This document shows positions 25,748-39,510 of a stretch of 58,956 bases of DNA, one piece after another. A program made the translations under genes and the position numbers. The notes under the pieces were generated by a model. That model made no database searches. It worked only from the letters and a program-made list of their open reading frames with translations, and was not told the DNA's origin. This stretch comes from Octopus bimaculoides (Eukaryota): assembly GCF_001194135.2 (NCBI RefSeq), contig NC_068990.1, positions 6,922,073-6,981,028 of the forward strand. The letters are read 5' to 3'. Positions within the stretch are counted from its first letter, which is position 1. The number at the start of each line of letters is the position of its first letter.

Positions 25748-26770
25748 AGGGCTTTCCGATAAGTAGATTTATCCCCTTTGGCTGGGCGGCGCTCCATGCT
25801 GACAATTATACTTCCGCGGACTATCCACGCCTTTGTTGTTGTGTTTCACGGCTTATCATGGATATAAAGCAGATCCATGACCCAGGTGTCGAAGCACTTA
25901 CTATTGCCGAGTTAAAGAATTATTTACGATTACACGGACAGTATGTTACTGAAAAAAAGGCGGACTTGGTTGAAAGGTTAAAAGGAATGAAAATTCTTTC
26001 GATAAAGAACGTCAATGAATTAAATTCATCAGACTAGAAGTGTACCGGAATAAGAAACTTGTATCTCCTCTCGGTGAAGTTTTACCTGATTCTAATGTGC
26101 TGAAATCAGATTGGACTTAAAATCTTTATAAGTTGCCGAATTTCACGGATAATGGCATTTACAATTACTTCGTGCTACGGATGAAAGCAAAGCAACAGTT
26201 AAGGAGTGGCATATTTTACCATGACAGACACGTCCACAGTATTGAATATTAAGATGTTAGTGAAAACTGCTCTCACTGCATTGTCCGGTATCTGGTAATC
26301 CCTTCAATACCAACATCTAACAAAAAGAACAACTCTGATCACATAGTGTGGGTAGTTATGTCAAAGGTCACTGGCAATGTGCATTCAGCAGATTGCAACT
26401 GCACTGCAGAGTAAGAGCTTGTTTAATTATTTTGACTTTTTCCCTAGTACATTAAATTGTATTTTTTATGGATGCAAGTCAATAAATGTATAATTAAAAC
26501 AATAAACAATAAATAAATGAGACTTAATTTTGAATATTTTCTTATCCCTATCATATTTATCAAATACAAATGCACATGCATATATCTCTGAAGTTTATCT
26601 AATAGTCTATTTCTTATTTCAGGCAAGAGGAGGCCTGTAACCATATCGGAACTTTATTACATGCCCTTCTGGACATAACTACCAATAAGAAACGTGGGAC
26701 TTTGGCACCAACTTCCATTAAATGCAAGTGGAATAATCCAAGAAAACGGAAGCTGAGCCCAAAGAAAGGA
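25748..26770 (+). mobile_element. DNA transposon left portion with a decayed SAP + SWIM zinc-finger ORF and an intron at 26411-26622 (ISL2EU/KolobokE-type accessory gene)
   Basis: SAP motif LTIAELKNYLRLHGQYVTEKKADLVERLKG; SWIM motif HSADCNCTA|EQEEACNHIGTLLHAL split by a GT-AG intron; then PTSIKCKWNNPRKRKLSP. Possible terminus GGGC at 25748 after TAA. Confidence 0.7.
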
Positions 26771-27695
26771 ACTAAGAGTGAAGGACCAATCGAAGAACAG
26801 ATCCTTTCTGATTGCTCTCCAGTCCGCTTTGTGGAAGTTTATGTTGTCAAATAAGTGCAATGGAGTGGGATTGGCTAGCTTGGTTTTGATATGCCGAAGG
26901 TAAAGTTGCAGAGTATTATGCCGTGGTCTGAGAAGAGAGTTTTTCAACTGAAATACTGTGAATGGAGCTAAAATGGTTGGTTAATATTAGATCCAAGATC
27001 GTTTTATTCTGTCTTGTTGGTTCGAGCACTAGTTGTATCAGGAAAAGTTCATCCATTAGATTAAAGAGTAATTCTGCTGCTGCTTTGTCTGGTGTAGAGC
27101 ATTTGCCTAACTTCAGAGTATTTGTGGGCCAGTTTATATGAGGGAGGTTAAAATCACCCATCACTAGTATGTTTCTGGAGTTGTATTTTTGAAAGAAGGA
27201 CTTGATTTTGTTGAGGCATTCTTCAAAGCACTTTAGAGGGGCTTGGGGTGGGGCCTGTAAAGACCAACAATGATTATGTCGTTGGTCTTGTTGAATAGTG
27301 ATATGGATTCACAATAGCCATTGGAAAATATGTTCTTGGCATCAACTGAAAAGGAGTCATGGAGAAAGATGGCTGTTCCCCCATTTTATTTCGGTCTGTG
27401 CGATCTGCACGGATGATAGTGGAATCTATTATTTTCACCTCGGCATCCATATGAGTGCTGTTTAAGTGAGTTTCCGTAAGGATAAAGAAAGGGATGCAAT
27501 GTGCCGTTTCGGCAAACCAACACTCTATGTATGGGATCTTCCATTTTTGGGACAGCGAGTGATGGGTTGATGCCACGTACATTTAACAGGAATGCCGAGG
27601 CAAGGGTAGTTTGATATTTGTATTGTTCTAAGAGCTCAGTGTTATGTGTTATGTTGTTCAGAGGTTGCAGTGAGGGTAGTTTTTGCATGGAACTC

Positions 27696-27728
<33 letters not shown>

Positions 27729-27950
27729 TCCTTGTGTTTTGCATAAATGGTTGCTGATAGCTCGTTGGATCTCCTGGCTTAAGTCGGCCTTATTGTTTTC
27801 TAGGTAAGTTAGTAAAAAAGAGTTGCGTCTTTCGTTTGACACTTGGTCACATGATACATTGTTCATGTTTATGTTATTTGGTGTTATGGCTTTCCCATAG
27901 TTCTTTCTTCGTTGTTTGGTTGTAGGAGGTGAAGTGTTGTTGGATTTTGT
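26771..27950 (-). mobile_element. CR1-clade LINE 5' part (ORF1 end plus AP endonuclease), 3'-deleted
   Basis: FLLNVRGI, LTETHL, IRADRTDRNK, MGDFNLPHINW, LEPTRQNKTILDLILTN, NFHKADW. Confidence 0.9.
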
Positions 27951-27982
27951 TTTATATATGATTGTATGTGTGTGTGTGTGTG

Positions 27983-28017
<35 letters not shown>

Positions 28018-28146
28018 TGCATGTATACACACACATACACATATAACAATTACATTATATCATATACATACACACATGCATACAATTATACAGATATAGA
28101 TAGAAAATGTAAACGCATGCACACTTTCATATACATGCACATGTAT

Positions 28147-28234
<88 letters not shown>

Positions 28235-29559
28235 ATATTTGTACATAATGATTTATAATGATTTTTAATAATCTTTTAATGTCTATATGCATTTCTCGTG
28301 TTAGTTACCAGAAAATATCTGCTATTGTCACCAATTGTTATCTATGTTCACTGAGAATAATATATCGAATCTACGAAGGCGGCGATTCGTGCCTGCATTC
28401 ATCTGTTTGTGTTACGGATAATCACTGAATACGATAATCATCGAGAATTTGCAGAGATCGTGCTGACTGAACAATAAGAACGTCTTTAGTATTCTTTGCT
28501 CATTGATTCAACGATAACAATAAAACGTGTTGAGTTAACGTCAAAAGAGAACCAAATTGTTTTGTGTAATCAATAGCGGCGATCAAAAAATAATCTGTGA
28601 TAAACTTGTAATGCTAATTGAAGGAAGCTTTGAATAACCAGAAATCTCTCAATCGCATCGATTAATGTTGATATGTTTATTGTAACTGATAATATATGGC
28701 GAGGATTATTCCACTAATCGTAAATCACTAGTGAGTACACAAGAATTAGGTTATGTCTTGTTGAAACCTTTTATTAGCAGAATTAAGTGGTTGAGAGCAT
28801 TACCTCTTTCTATGTTACTCGCAGTTTAGGTACAAATATAAGGATTTGAAAAGTTATTTTTCAAAGTTCCACGAGGTATTGGTAAATTTTTAGGCAGGAT
28901 CCAATTGCAGTTGGGTTTGTAGGAAAAAGGTATTTTTAGACAGGATCCGGTGCACTGCTTGTGGGGAAATGGTATTTAGTTTTGTACACATTTTTAGTGC
29001 TTCTCACGGTGAACAATTTTGTTTTAACTCTAAGTATTTACATAATTCTTTGTCTAAATGCATTTACCAAACTCCAAATGATTCGAGAAAAATAGTCTAC
29101 TGATAAGATGATTATGAAGTATTTTAAGATCGATACCTACTTCTTGATTGAAGTTCAAAACTAAGAGATGCAAATGGGATACTTAAATCGTGCTATTGGG
29201 ATTTTAGCAGACTTTTGTGAAGACTACCTCTATCCCCTGTGATGACAAAACACCTGAAATAGGTAGAGTACAAATAGTACCGAGTAATCAAGAGAGTTAA
29301 GATACAGTTAAGTGTACTGTATCTTATAATCTCTATTAAGATGCACCAACATACTGAAACTGTCTGGTTAATTTACTTAGAAATGGGTTCCATGGGACAG
29401 TGCAAATGAAAACTATGAATTTGTGTCTCCAAGGAGGGAGTTCAACAGATAAACAACCCAAGATATATTTAAGATATAAATAGATTGGAATATAAAATAA
29501 TAAAATCACCAAAAAAATCAATGCTGCGGTAAGCTTGTCATGATGATGTACGCGTGTAT

Positions 29560-30495
29560 GTGCGTGTACACGTGTGTAGCTGTAAAAAATCCTCCTCTTC
29601 TATCATCCTCCCTCTTAATGGTAAGGAGACGTGGTTCAGGTTCGACTTCCTCTTTTTCTTTATTTTGCTGTTCGTGAAGTTCTATCAAATCCTTGTTTGT
29701 CGGGGGCGGCTTGTCTTTTTCAAATAAATCTGTGAAATCCACCTCCTCCAATCTAACAATCCGAAGAGAAAGAATACTTTCCATTTCTTCAACGATTTTA
29801 CCTCTTTTCTTCATCCCTGTGTTCTTCATCAGTGTTCTTCATCCCTGCGGCTTCAGATTTGATATGTGCTAAAATCTTGTCCTTATTATGTGCAATCGTT
29901 GATATCAGTTGTCCGACTCATCTCAAAAGATCGTGCAACTGCTACCACTTTTTCACCTTTCACATGGCGTTTTACCATAGTCAGTTTATCTTGCAGTGTC
30001 ATAGCATGACGCTCAGCACTTTCACTAGGAATTTTCTTCGGAACCATAGGGGCAAAAAGTGAAGTCTCAAATGAGTGAGAATGAGAAAGTAGCCGATAAA
30101 CAGACGTAAACAAATCTTAATTCAAAACAATCGCTTGAATGACGAGTGACAACGACGCCTAACGGTAGATATTGGAACTACATTACAATAAATAAGGTAA
30201 CACAGCTGATTTCATGATTTCGTTCACTACTTTATGATATGTATCTTAACATTTACTGTACGTGTTTTTAATATGATTTAATATGCTTTTATTCATATTT
30301 ATTGTACAGTAACATGATTTTATGTACTTCTAACGGTTTTCTAGTGATTTTACGATTCCAATATTTGTGGTGGACAGACGTAAACTCGAGAAAAATGACT
30401 TAACTTGATTTTTATTTTACCATATATTATTTTTGAAACCTGACGATTAATCGAGGACGCCTTAAATCGAAATGACTAAAGCCGAAGTAAGCCTG
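29560..30495 (-). mobile_element. Internally deleted pogo/Tigger-like transposon
   Basis: CENP-B-like N-terminal HTH (MTLQDKLTMVKRHVKGEKVVAVARSFEMSRTT) joined to an acidic C-terminal piece; terminus CAGGCTTACTTCGG resembles the Tigger TIR. Confidence 0.7.
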
Positions 30496-30629
30496 GATTA
30501 GAAACGCGGGATAGATGGAACAGGGACAACTGAAGAAGGGTTATATTCTTTATGTTGCATATCTCGTTTCTCTGTTTGTTTTTTTCGTTGTTCGAAAAAA
30601 GTTCGCTTTCCATGTTCTCGTTTTCATGT

Positions 30630-31035
30630 TGAATATGCGTGGCTGCGTTGTAAGAAGTTTGCTACCCAACCACATGGTTTCAGGCTCACTCCCACTGGTA
30701 CATGGAAACTGAAAGAAGCCCGTCGTATATGTGTGTGTGTGTGTATGTGTGTATGTGTATGTGTGTGCGCCTCTGTGTGTGTGTGTGTGTGTGTGTGCTT
30801 GTGTGTGCGTGTGTATGTGTCTTTGTGTCAGTGTTTGTCCACCACCACCGCTTGACAACCGATGTTACTGTGTTTATGTCCCCGTAACTTAGCGGTCCGG
30901 CAAAAGAACTGGTAGAATAAGCACCAAGTTTAAAAACAGTAAGTACTGGGGGTCAATTCATTCGACGAAAAACTCTTCAAGGCAGTGCCCCATTATGGCT
31001 GCAGTCTAATGACTGAAGCATTAAGATAAAGACAA
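30630..31035 (+). mobile_element. SINE family A, near-complete copy
   Basis: Head, (GT)n body and tail homologous to 7567-8012. Confidence 0.85.
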
Positions 31036-32300
31036 GATGCTTTCCTTCACAACCCTGGTATCAAGCTGGTGGTCGATCGAAATATATCATGAATAAAATA
31101 AAATAAAAAAACAAGAGAACATACATACATACGCACTTTTCTCAGGTTTAAAATGTAACATTGTTTTTGTTGTCTGATTTCTAACGACGGAACTTTGTAT
31201 CTTTGTTAGAAACCAGTTCCTTCCTCAGAGAAAGAATTTAAATAGTTAAGAATTTAAATAGTTAAAAAAAACAGAAGAGAACATACATATATACATACAT
31301 ACATACAAAATCCTCTATAGTGTACAACAACGAACTCGAAACTCGCAGGATATTACATTTTCATCTTTTTATATTAGATACACATATACACACACACACA
31401 TATATATGTGCACAAACACACACACATACACACATTTATATGTTTCGCGTGTGTGTGTGTCTGTGTGTGCGTGTGTGTTTGTGTGTGAAGGAGTATATAC
31501 GTATCTGTGAACACCTATGTTCCAAACAAGGTTAAGAAAATAACATTCGATTATGAAAGCCTGAATAAATATAGGTTTTTATTGAAGCAGTAAAAATTCA
31601 CAAATCGTTTCACGTAAGTGAGCCTCGTACAGAAGTGAACTTGTGAAGCAAAATACAATAATTTTAAAAACTACGGTAAAACACACCTGACAATTAATCT
31701 AGCAAACATATAAAGCTCTATATCACACTCCTGCATCGAAGAATATTTGCGTTGCTGATATATTTTTTGCTTTAATGTTTTATAATTTTCACGCCTCACT
31801 ATTATCTCCCATCTTCTCTCCATCTCTTTTCTTACAAAACCTTTCACCCGCTTTTTGTTTCTCTCTATCTCTACACCTTACCCTAGAACAAATTATTTAT
31901 TTGCCCTTGTTTTTAATATTACTGCTAAGTGAACTCTAAAATGGTTTTTGCCTGCATTTTCCCTTGGCAACTGATTATTTTCCTTCATCAAGACATAACG
32001 CATCACTTTATTTGAATAAATTGGCTCGTATATTGTTTATATTAATTTGGTCATCAATGAAGCGAGTTATCAAATAAATTCCATTGATTGTGAAATGTGA
32101 CAATCTTTTGTCCAATCAGCTTTAAGTGTTTTTGATTCTTTGTCAACTGGTTCTCACAGCAGTATTCCTCCTCTACATCTTGATCGGTTACTTCTCGTAA
32201 CCGATCAAGTAACCGATCACCCGACAGAAAGGAACTTTCATATAACGACCTATAAAATAAAATTCACCAACTTCAATAAAACTCTCTTTCTCACTCTCTC

Positions 32301-32336
<36 letters not shown>

Positions 32337-32883
32337 CCCGTTTCTATACATGCATATATATATATATATANNNNNNNNNNNNNNNNNNNNNNNNNNNNNN
32401 NNNNNNNNNNNNNNNNNNNNNNNNNNNNNNNNNNNNNNNNNNNNNNNNNNNNNNNNNNNNNNNNNNNNNNNNNNNNNNNNNNNNNNNNNNNNNNNNNNNN
32501 NNNNNNNNNNNNNNNNNNNNNNNNNNNNNNNNNNNNNNNNNNNNNNNNNNNNNNNNNNNNNNNNNNNNNNNNNNNNNNNNNNNNNNNNNNNNNNNNNNNN
32601 NNNNNNNNNNNNNNNNNNNNNNNNNNNNNNNNNNNNNNNNNNNNNNNNNNNNNNNNNNNNNNNNNNNNNNNNNNNNNNNNNNNNNNNNNNNNNNNNNNNN
32701 NNNNNNNNNNNNNNNNNNNNNNNNNNNNNNNNNNNNNNNNNNNNNNNNNNNNNNNNNNNNNNNNNNNNNNNNNNNNNNNNNNNNNNNNNNNNNNNNNNNN
32801 NNNNNNNNNNNNNNNNNNNNNNNNNNNNNNNNNNNNNNNNNNNNNNNNNNNNNNNNNNNNNNNNNNNNNNNNNNNNNNNNNNN

Positions 32884-32920
<37 letters not shown>

Positions 32921-32934
32921 TGCATGTGTATGTG

Positions 32935-33160
32935 TTATTTCTTTATTGCTCACAAGGGGCTAAACATAGAAGGGACAAACAAGGACAGACAATGGGATTA
33001 AATCGATTACATCAACCACAGTGCGTAACTAGTGCTTAATTTATCGACCCCGAAATGATGAAAGGCAAAGTCAACCTCGGCGGAATTTGAACTCAGAACG
33101 CAAAGACAGGCGAAATACTGCTAAGCATTTCGCCTGGCGTGCTAACGATTCTGCCAATTC
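32935..33160 (-). mobile_element. SINE family B
   Basis: Homology to 24505-24715. Confidence 0.85.
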
Positions 33161-33174
33161 AAACTTTATAGGAG

Positions 33175-33286
33175 ATTATACTTCGTAGAATTCAAACTGT
33201 AATTACCGCCAAAGGCTGTCCTACCCTATATTAAAATAAACTTGTTTGAAATTTTAAGGTGTTTCCATTATTTTGTCCAGCCCCTG
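33175..33286 (+). mobile_element. Tc1 3' end (transposase C-terminus plus TIR)
   Basis: RIQTVITAKGCPTLY* then GGTGTTTCCATTATTTTGTCCAGCCCCTG followed by TA. Confidence 0.75.
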
Positions 33287-33700
33287 TATATGTATATATA
33301 TANNNNNNNNNNNNNNNNNNNNNNNNNNNNNNNNNNNNNNNNNNNNNNNNNNNNNNNNNNNNNNNNNNNNNNNNNNNNNNNNNNNNNNNNNNNNNNNNNN
33401 NNNNNNNNNNNNNNNNNNNNNNNNNNNNNNNNNNNNNNNNNNNNNNNNNNNNNNNNNNNNNNNNNNNNNNNNNNNNNNNNNNNNNNNNNNNNNNNNNNNN
33501 NNNNNNNNNNNNNNNNNNNNNNNNNNNNNNNNNNNNNNNNNNNNNNNNNNNNNNNNNNNNNNNNNNNNNNNNNNNNNNNNNNNNNNNNNNNNNNNNNNNN
33601 NNNNNNNNNNNNNNNNNNNNNNNNNNNNNNNNNNNNNNNNNNNNNNNNNNNNNNNNNNNNNNNNNNNNNNNNNNNNNNNNNNNNNNNNNNNNNNNNNNNN

Positions 33701-33739
<39 letters not shown>

Positions 33740-33741
<2 letters not shown>

Positions 33742-33905
33742 CGATGGGCTTCTTTCAGTTTCCGTATACCAAATCCAGTCACAAGGCATTGGTCAGCCCG
33801 AGGCTATAGTAGAAGACACTAGCCCAAGGTTCCACGCAGTGGGACTGTACCCGGAACCATGTGGTTGGAAAGCAAGTTTCTTGCCGCACAGCTACGCCTG
33901 CGCCT
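33740..33905 (-). mobile_element. SINE family A head
   Basis: Reverse complement of the family A head. Confidence 0.85.
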
Positions 33906-34199
33906 ATATGTATGTATACGTTTTGCAAATAAAACAAAGAGAAATTGTTGCAATGCTTATATTTACCAGGAACTGGTTGGGTTTCAGTACATTGCTAATG
34001 AAGATTCATGCATGTTAGCTATACTTACGAAGAGTAAAATGATATATGGTGAATGATTCTTGAGTCCACAATGCATTAGGCATGCCCTTCTTCACTGGAA
34101 AAGGCAAATCACATAATGGAATATGCGAAAAGCCAAACGTATAATTTGATGGTCAACTAGACACTCCACTCTAGATGTATACTCGTCAGCAGAAGCTTT

Positions 34200-35133
34200 A
34201 CACATTCACACATGCAGTATACAAAAAAGAAGAAAAACAACCTAACACTTGCACCTAAATACACGCACATGAAAAACTTATACACCTGCACTGAATACGA
34301 CTGTATAAAGTTTCTAAAATTTTACTATAATACTGCTCTAAACATATTGAAAAAGGCCAGCAAAGACACACATGCAGGCATTCCATGCAGTCAACAAACG
34401 GATTCATACTTCGAAACTAAGCTATCTTCAATAGTCAGACATACATACAAATACAGATAGTTACAACACGCATCCATGCAACCAATACAACTCAGTGACA
34501 AACGTATTCACACAACTACAACATTAATACACAAATGTATACGAAAACACAGCACGCACATTCATACAAACATACATTTAACTCTCACGTACATACACGT
34601 ATACACAGATATAGTCATTGTAAATATACCCACTGTAAACCAAAAACAAGATGACACCACACACTTAAAAAATAATACACATATGCACGCATGCACGCAT
34701 GAAGCCAATGCACCAATATGTGTATTATATTCAACTTCACAAGTATATGCTGCAAACTTTGAAAATACAGACATGCTGCAGTTCAACAGCACGACAATAT
34801 TTACTAACGCTTTTACGTAAGTCTCGCAGAAAATCAACGTAAACTCACATACAAACACCTTATTACACAACACCAAAACCACAAACACACACTTACATAG
34901 ATATATACCTAACTCACGTACGCAAAACAACACACGTATAAGATTCGCACATGCGAAAAGGTAGCATTCCTACACACGTTCTACTTCTATACACTCATAC
35001 ACGTACACATAAAACCATATACAAATGCAATACTAATACATTCAGCTGCACTAAGCACACACACGCAGACATTCAAAACACACCACCAGGCAAAAAAACA
35101 AACGAACAAACACAACATATTAATAACTATTGC

Positions 35134-35180
<47 letters not shown>

Positions 35181-35230
35181 TACACACACATGTATTTAGT
35201 TCTCCCATTTTAAAAGAAATACACAGCATA
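34200..35230. repeat. About 1 kb A/C-rich degenerate (CA)-derived low-complexity tract
   Basis: Strong A/C strand skew, many ACAC remnants; the long ORFs here are HT/VC-rich artefacts. Confidence 0.8.
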
Positions 35231-36059
35231 TTGCATACACAACATAGCAACAAAACAACATTTCTAAAGCAACTCCCACCTCCATCCATACAGTGACGCG
35301 CTACCCACATACCTATCGCCATTACCCCGCTTCCTCCTTTCTTTTCTTTTTCACTTCGGTATTTTCAAATGATATTCACGTGTTATAAACCTGTGGACAT
35401 TCTGTCTTGGCGTTTTTCTTTCCAATTTCTTTTTCTTTCCTCTTATTTTATCTCTTCTCGTGGAGATCATTAAGAGCTTACTTTCGAAACGCTAAACACT
35501 TATTTTATCTTGTCTTTCATAATATTTCCTTGGTTACAAACAGCTTTGTGCATGTGTGTGTGCATGTGTGTGCATGTGTGTGTGTGTGTGTGTGTGTGTG
35601 TTCGTATGTGTGTCTGTACACACACACTCACACACATACATTTATACATGTATTAATGTATACTAGTATATATGCTCATGTGTGTGGACTGGTGTTTAGA
35701 ATTCCAGGCGACTCAGGTTCGATTCCTGGCATGAAAACGCATATTTTCTTATAGGCACAAGCGTAGCTGCGTGGTTAAGAAGCTAGGTTCCCAACCACGT
35801 TGCCTTGGACCGATATGTGTGCGTGCGTGTTTGTATGTGTGTGTGTATATTTAACGGGCTTCTTTCAGTTTTCGTCAGCTAAATTCACTTAGAATGCTTC
35901 GATCGGGCCGGGGCCGAACCCAAGACTTCCCTTTCCTTTTCGACCATTTAACCCATTACAAATGATGAAGGGAGCCAGATTAATCTTTCCACAAAGGAAA
36001 GTTAACCTGAAGCACTGCTAGAAGTTTGAAAACGCAATCGAAGTGAAAAGGCAGATTAA

Positions 36060-36769
36060 AATGGAGTTTCAAGTTTGAAGCAGATGGAATTGTTCAGAGT
36101 GTCCACAAGAAATGTTCCGGATAACTGAGAATATCGACGGGCCTCATAAAAATGTAGTAGAATGATATTGCTTGAGTTAAAGAAAATCTGTATAGTAGAC
36201 GAATCATGAGAAAGGAATTTCAAAAGTAAGCGCCCACCACATTTTGAAGTGCTGTCATTGGAAAAATTATAGTCCATGTATAATCCACGCTCTCAATAAA
36301 GATGAACCAGATTGAGGAATGGCACTTGGCATGATGTGTTGAAGGTGCACGCTTTTCAACAAAGACTTTTTAGAGTGATTAGGTTACATTTAACTTAAAG
36401 GGTTCAATTAACCGCCAAAAATGCACCTGCTGGGAACCTGAGAATCCAGTTATTAAGGAATAACTTATTAATTTATCAAGTGTCATTGTATGGTGCGATT
36501 TACGGTCCCATTTACTGGGAGCGTTTTTTACTGGTCCCATTTACTTGAATTTGCTGTAATAACCTGCTATGTCATGTATTCAAGAGGGTCTCGAAGATGT
36601 GAAGTTTATTTCCAGCAAGATGGGGCAACCCTCTTGATACCATAGTAATGTAAGAACCATTCCATTGGAGATTTGGAGATTCTATTCAATTTTGATAACG
36701 AAATGTATTTCAATAAACACTGACTTTATAACCTTTCAATGTGTGTATACCTTTTGGGGATACACCCTG
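36060..36769 (+). mobile_element. Decayed Tc1/mariner element with right TIR
   Basis: KFEADGIVQSVHKKCSG, FNLKGSINRQKCTCWEPENP and FQQDGATP, then GTGTATACCTTTTGGGGATACACCCTG. Confidence 0.75.
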
Positions 36770-36847
36770 TGTGTGTGTGTGCGTATATGAGTTGTCAGCT
36801 AGTAAAGCGAGTATACATCTTTCTGGAACATCCAGTACATGAATATA

Positions 36848-36913
<66 letters not shown>

Positions 36914-38737
36914 TATGTGTGTGTGTGTGTGTGTGCGTGCGTACATATGTATGTTAAAGAGAGAGATGGAGAGAGAGAGAGAGAGAGACAGAGAGAGACA
37001 GAGAGAGACACGTTTAGCGAACCCTTGAAGTAATACCCAACTATTTTTTAATGTAGCCCTGACTCTAGCTAATAGTAATACCCCGTCCAGTTAATCTTTT
37101 TGTAGACTTCAGGACACTAATCCTAATTATATATGTGTTATGTGTACGTGAGTGTGTGTGTGTGTTGTGTGTGTGTTGTGTGTGTGTGTATATGTGTATG
37201 TGTGCGCGTGCGCATACATGCGTAGTGATTACTTCCCATTCCTCTGAATACTAAATATGGCTGTGTAACCGTTTACAGAATAAAATACGTTTCCTCGTTT
37301 AAAAGGTTCAAAATCATTTTTACAACTCGTATTTATTTAATTCTAGCAGTGTTGAATACTACATACAGCAACACATTTTTATCCCCACATCTATAGCTGC
37401 TCAAACCATTTGTATATCCTTTCGGCTAAATAGACAACTGATCTTATCGTATCATTGGCTCTGATGTTTCTTCTGTCAAGACATCCGACTTTCAATAATT
37501 TATTGTATCTATTGAAATGCTATTTGAACGGACAGATCTTTTCTGTATGAAAAATGGTTGCTATCTGCGCTGGTGAGCACAAATAAATCGTTTGGCAAAA
37601 TTCACTTTCAACAGATATTTCATCCAGTAGACGAGATGTAGTTTAACAGAATAAAAAGCAAATATGACCTCTTGCATTACTCAGTTGCAACAGATAAGAT
37701 GCAGACAACAACCACAAGAAACTTTGGAAAATAAATACTCACGCGTTTTTATTATCTGTCACCTGAAATAGGTGACTCCAATAATACTGGAAACACTTTT
37801 CACTATTAACGATTGGGTTATATAGACAAAAGTGACTTCCTATTTTTATTTTTACATTATTTTCAAAAACTTTAAATATGACGATTTATCGAAGATTTTA
37901 AATCTTTCACACTGTTTCGATTCTCATTTGTAGTATGTTTCGTTTCTTCAGAAAACGGAATAAACGTCATGATTCCCCATAAAGACTATTTTAATCTAAA
38001 GACTGTAAACTGTTACACAGAATGTTTAACTGGAAGTGGCTGGAAATACCGAGGTGTTCGCGGATTTGCAGTCAAATAAATGGAATCAGTTCACTGTGCA
38101 TTGGAAGTAAAATAACATTGTGTAAGAATGCAGTTTATGATAATTTTGATCATTAGAAGGAAACTAAGTTCATTTGCTAGAATCAGTAAAAGAGAATAAA
38201 GAAAAGCCGGAAGTCATTTGTACTGTTAACCTTTGCTGTATTTTATGTTACATATGATTGCTCTCGGGTTTCATGTATTGAAAGTCATATATGTGTTAAG
38301 CTTTACATAGATGTACCGCAAGCAGCATTATTCTAATTTCGAAAACAAAAATAAACTTTGAAACATAATGTAAATTTGCAATAGAAATTCATTTAAATGT
38401 AAAACAGAATTATGTGTAGTTACACAAGAATTATATGCATCAGGACACAGTGTAGTTATACAACATTAAGTACACCTGTGCACATACACACATCGCGGGA
38501 AACTTACAAAACTTACAAAAACCAATAATTGTAGAACGTGTTAATGAAAAGTTATTCACTAACACTCTGATATGTTAAATTAATTTATTTGATAAATTAT
38601 TTGCTGCAATGATATATTTGAGAAAATAGTGTTTAATATCCACTTCATATATAGTGATGATTTTCTTATTGTAACATGAAAAGGTATAATGTCTGTTTAA
38701 CGGTTATTTTGCATAACTTAAGCAAAAGACTAATATA

Positions 38738-39510
38738 CAAGGGAGAGTCAAAAATTATGCGCACTTTTGTGTTTTTTCAATGTATTTACACAAAAGCAGA
38801 GGATAAAAAGGTACATAATTTTTTTTTAATATAGTTTCCTTCCTTTTCGGTGCACTAGGTCCAGTGGTCCGCAAGCTTACGAATTCCCTCCCAGAAGGTT
38901 TTCTGTTGGTCGTGTGACTATTTATGCACCGCTTTCTTCACATCTTCATCCGTAGGAAACCGACGACTTTGTAGGCCATCTTTGAGCGGTTCAAATATAT
39001 GATAGTCAGAAAGAGCGAGATCGATCTGGGCTGTAGGTAGGGTGTTCCAGTACCTTAAAACCCAGTTGGTTAATGGTTTCAGTGGTCTGGGCGGCTGTGT
39101 GTGGGCGTGCATTGTCATGCAACAACAAAACTTTCTTCGACAGTAGGCTTCGGCGTTTGGTGCAAACTGCTGCCACCAGTTTGTTGGTCAGCAAAGCACC
39201 ATATCTTACACTGTTGATCGTACACCCCTTTTCCAAGTAGCCTTCCAGTATAGGCCGTTTTGAGTCTCAAAACAGAGTTAGCATAACCTTTTCTGTGGAA
39301 GACTGAGTCTTGAATATCTTCGTCGCTGGCGAGCCTGGATGTTTCCATACTCTGTCTTCTGGATTCTGCTTCAGCTCACTTGGCACCCATCTTGCACAGA
39401 CTTTATGGAAGCAGAGCTCATTGTGGACGATTTGATTGGCAGAACCATGACTAATCTGCAGAGACCGAGCTACCTCATCGATGATAACTCACCGGTTCAC
39501 TATTGATCGG
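38738..39510 (-). mobile_element. mariner (DD34D) transposon, 5'-truncated and frameshifted
   Basis: LLHDNARPHTAA, LEHPTYSPD and SDYHIFEPLK...DEDVKKAVHK; TIR CAAGGGAGAGTCAAAAATTATGCGCAC preceded by TA. Confidence 0.92.

Noticed and set aside
28885-28980. Two imperfect 42-47-bp tandem units containing CAGGATCC
   Set aside because: Only two diverged copies with no spacer pattern; not a CRISPR or a meaningful array.
31060-31095. GATC-GAAA-TATA-TC, a possible hammerhead 3' half
   Set aside because: No 5' core or helix II partner is present.
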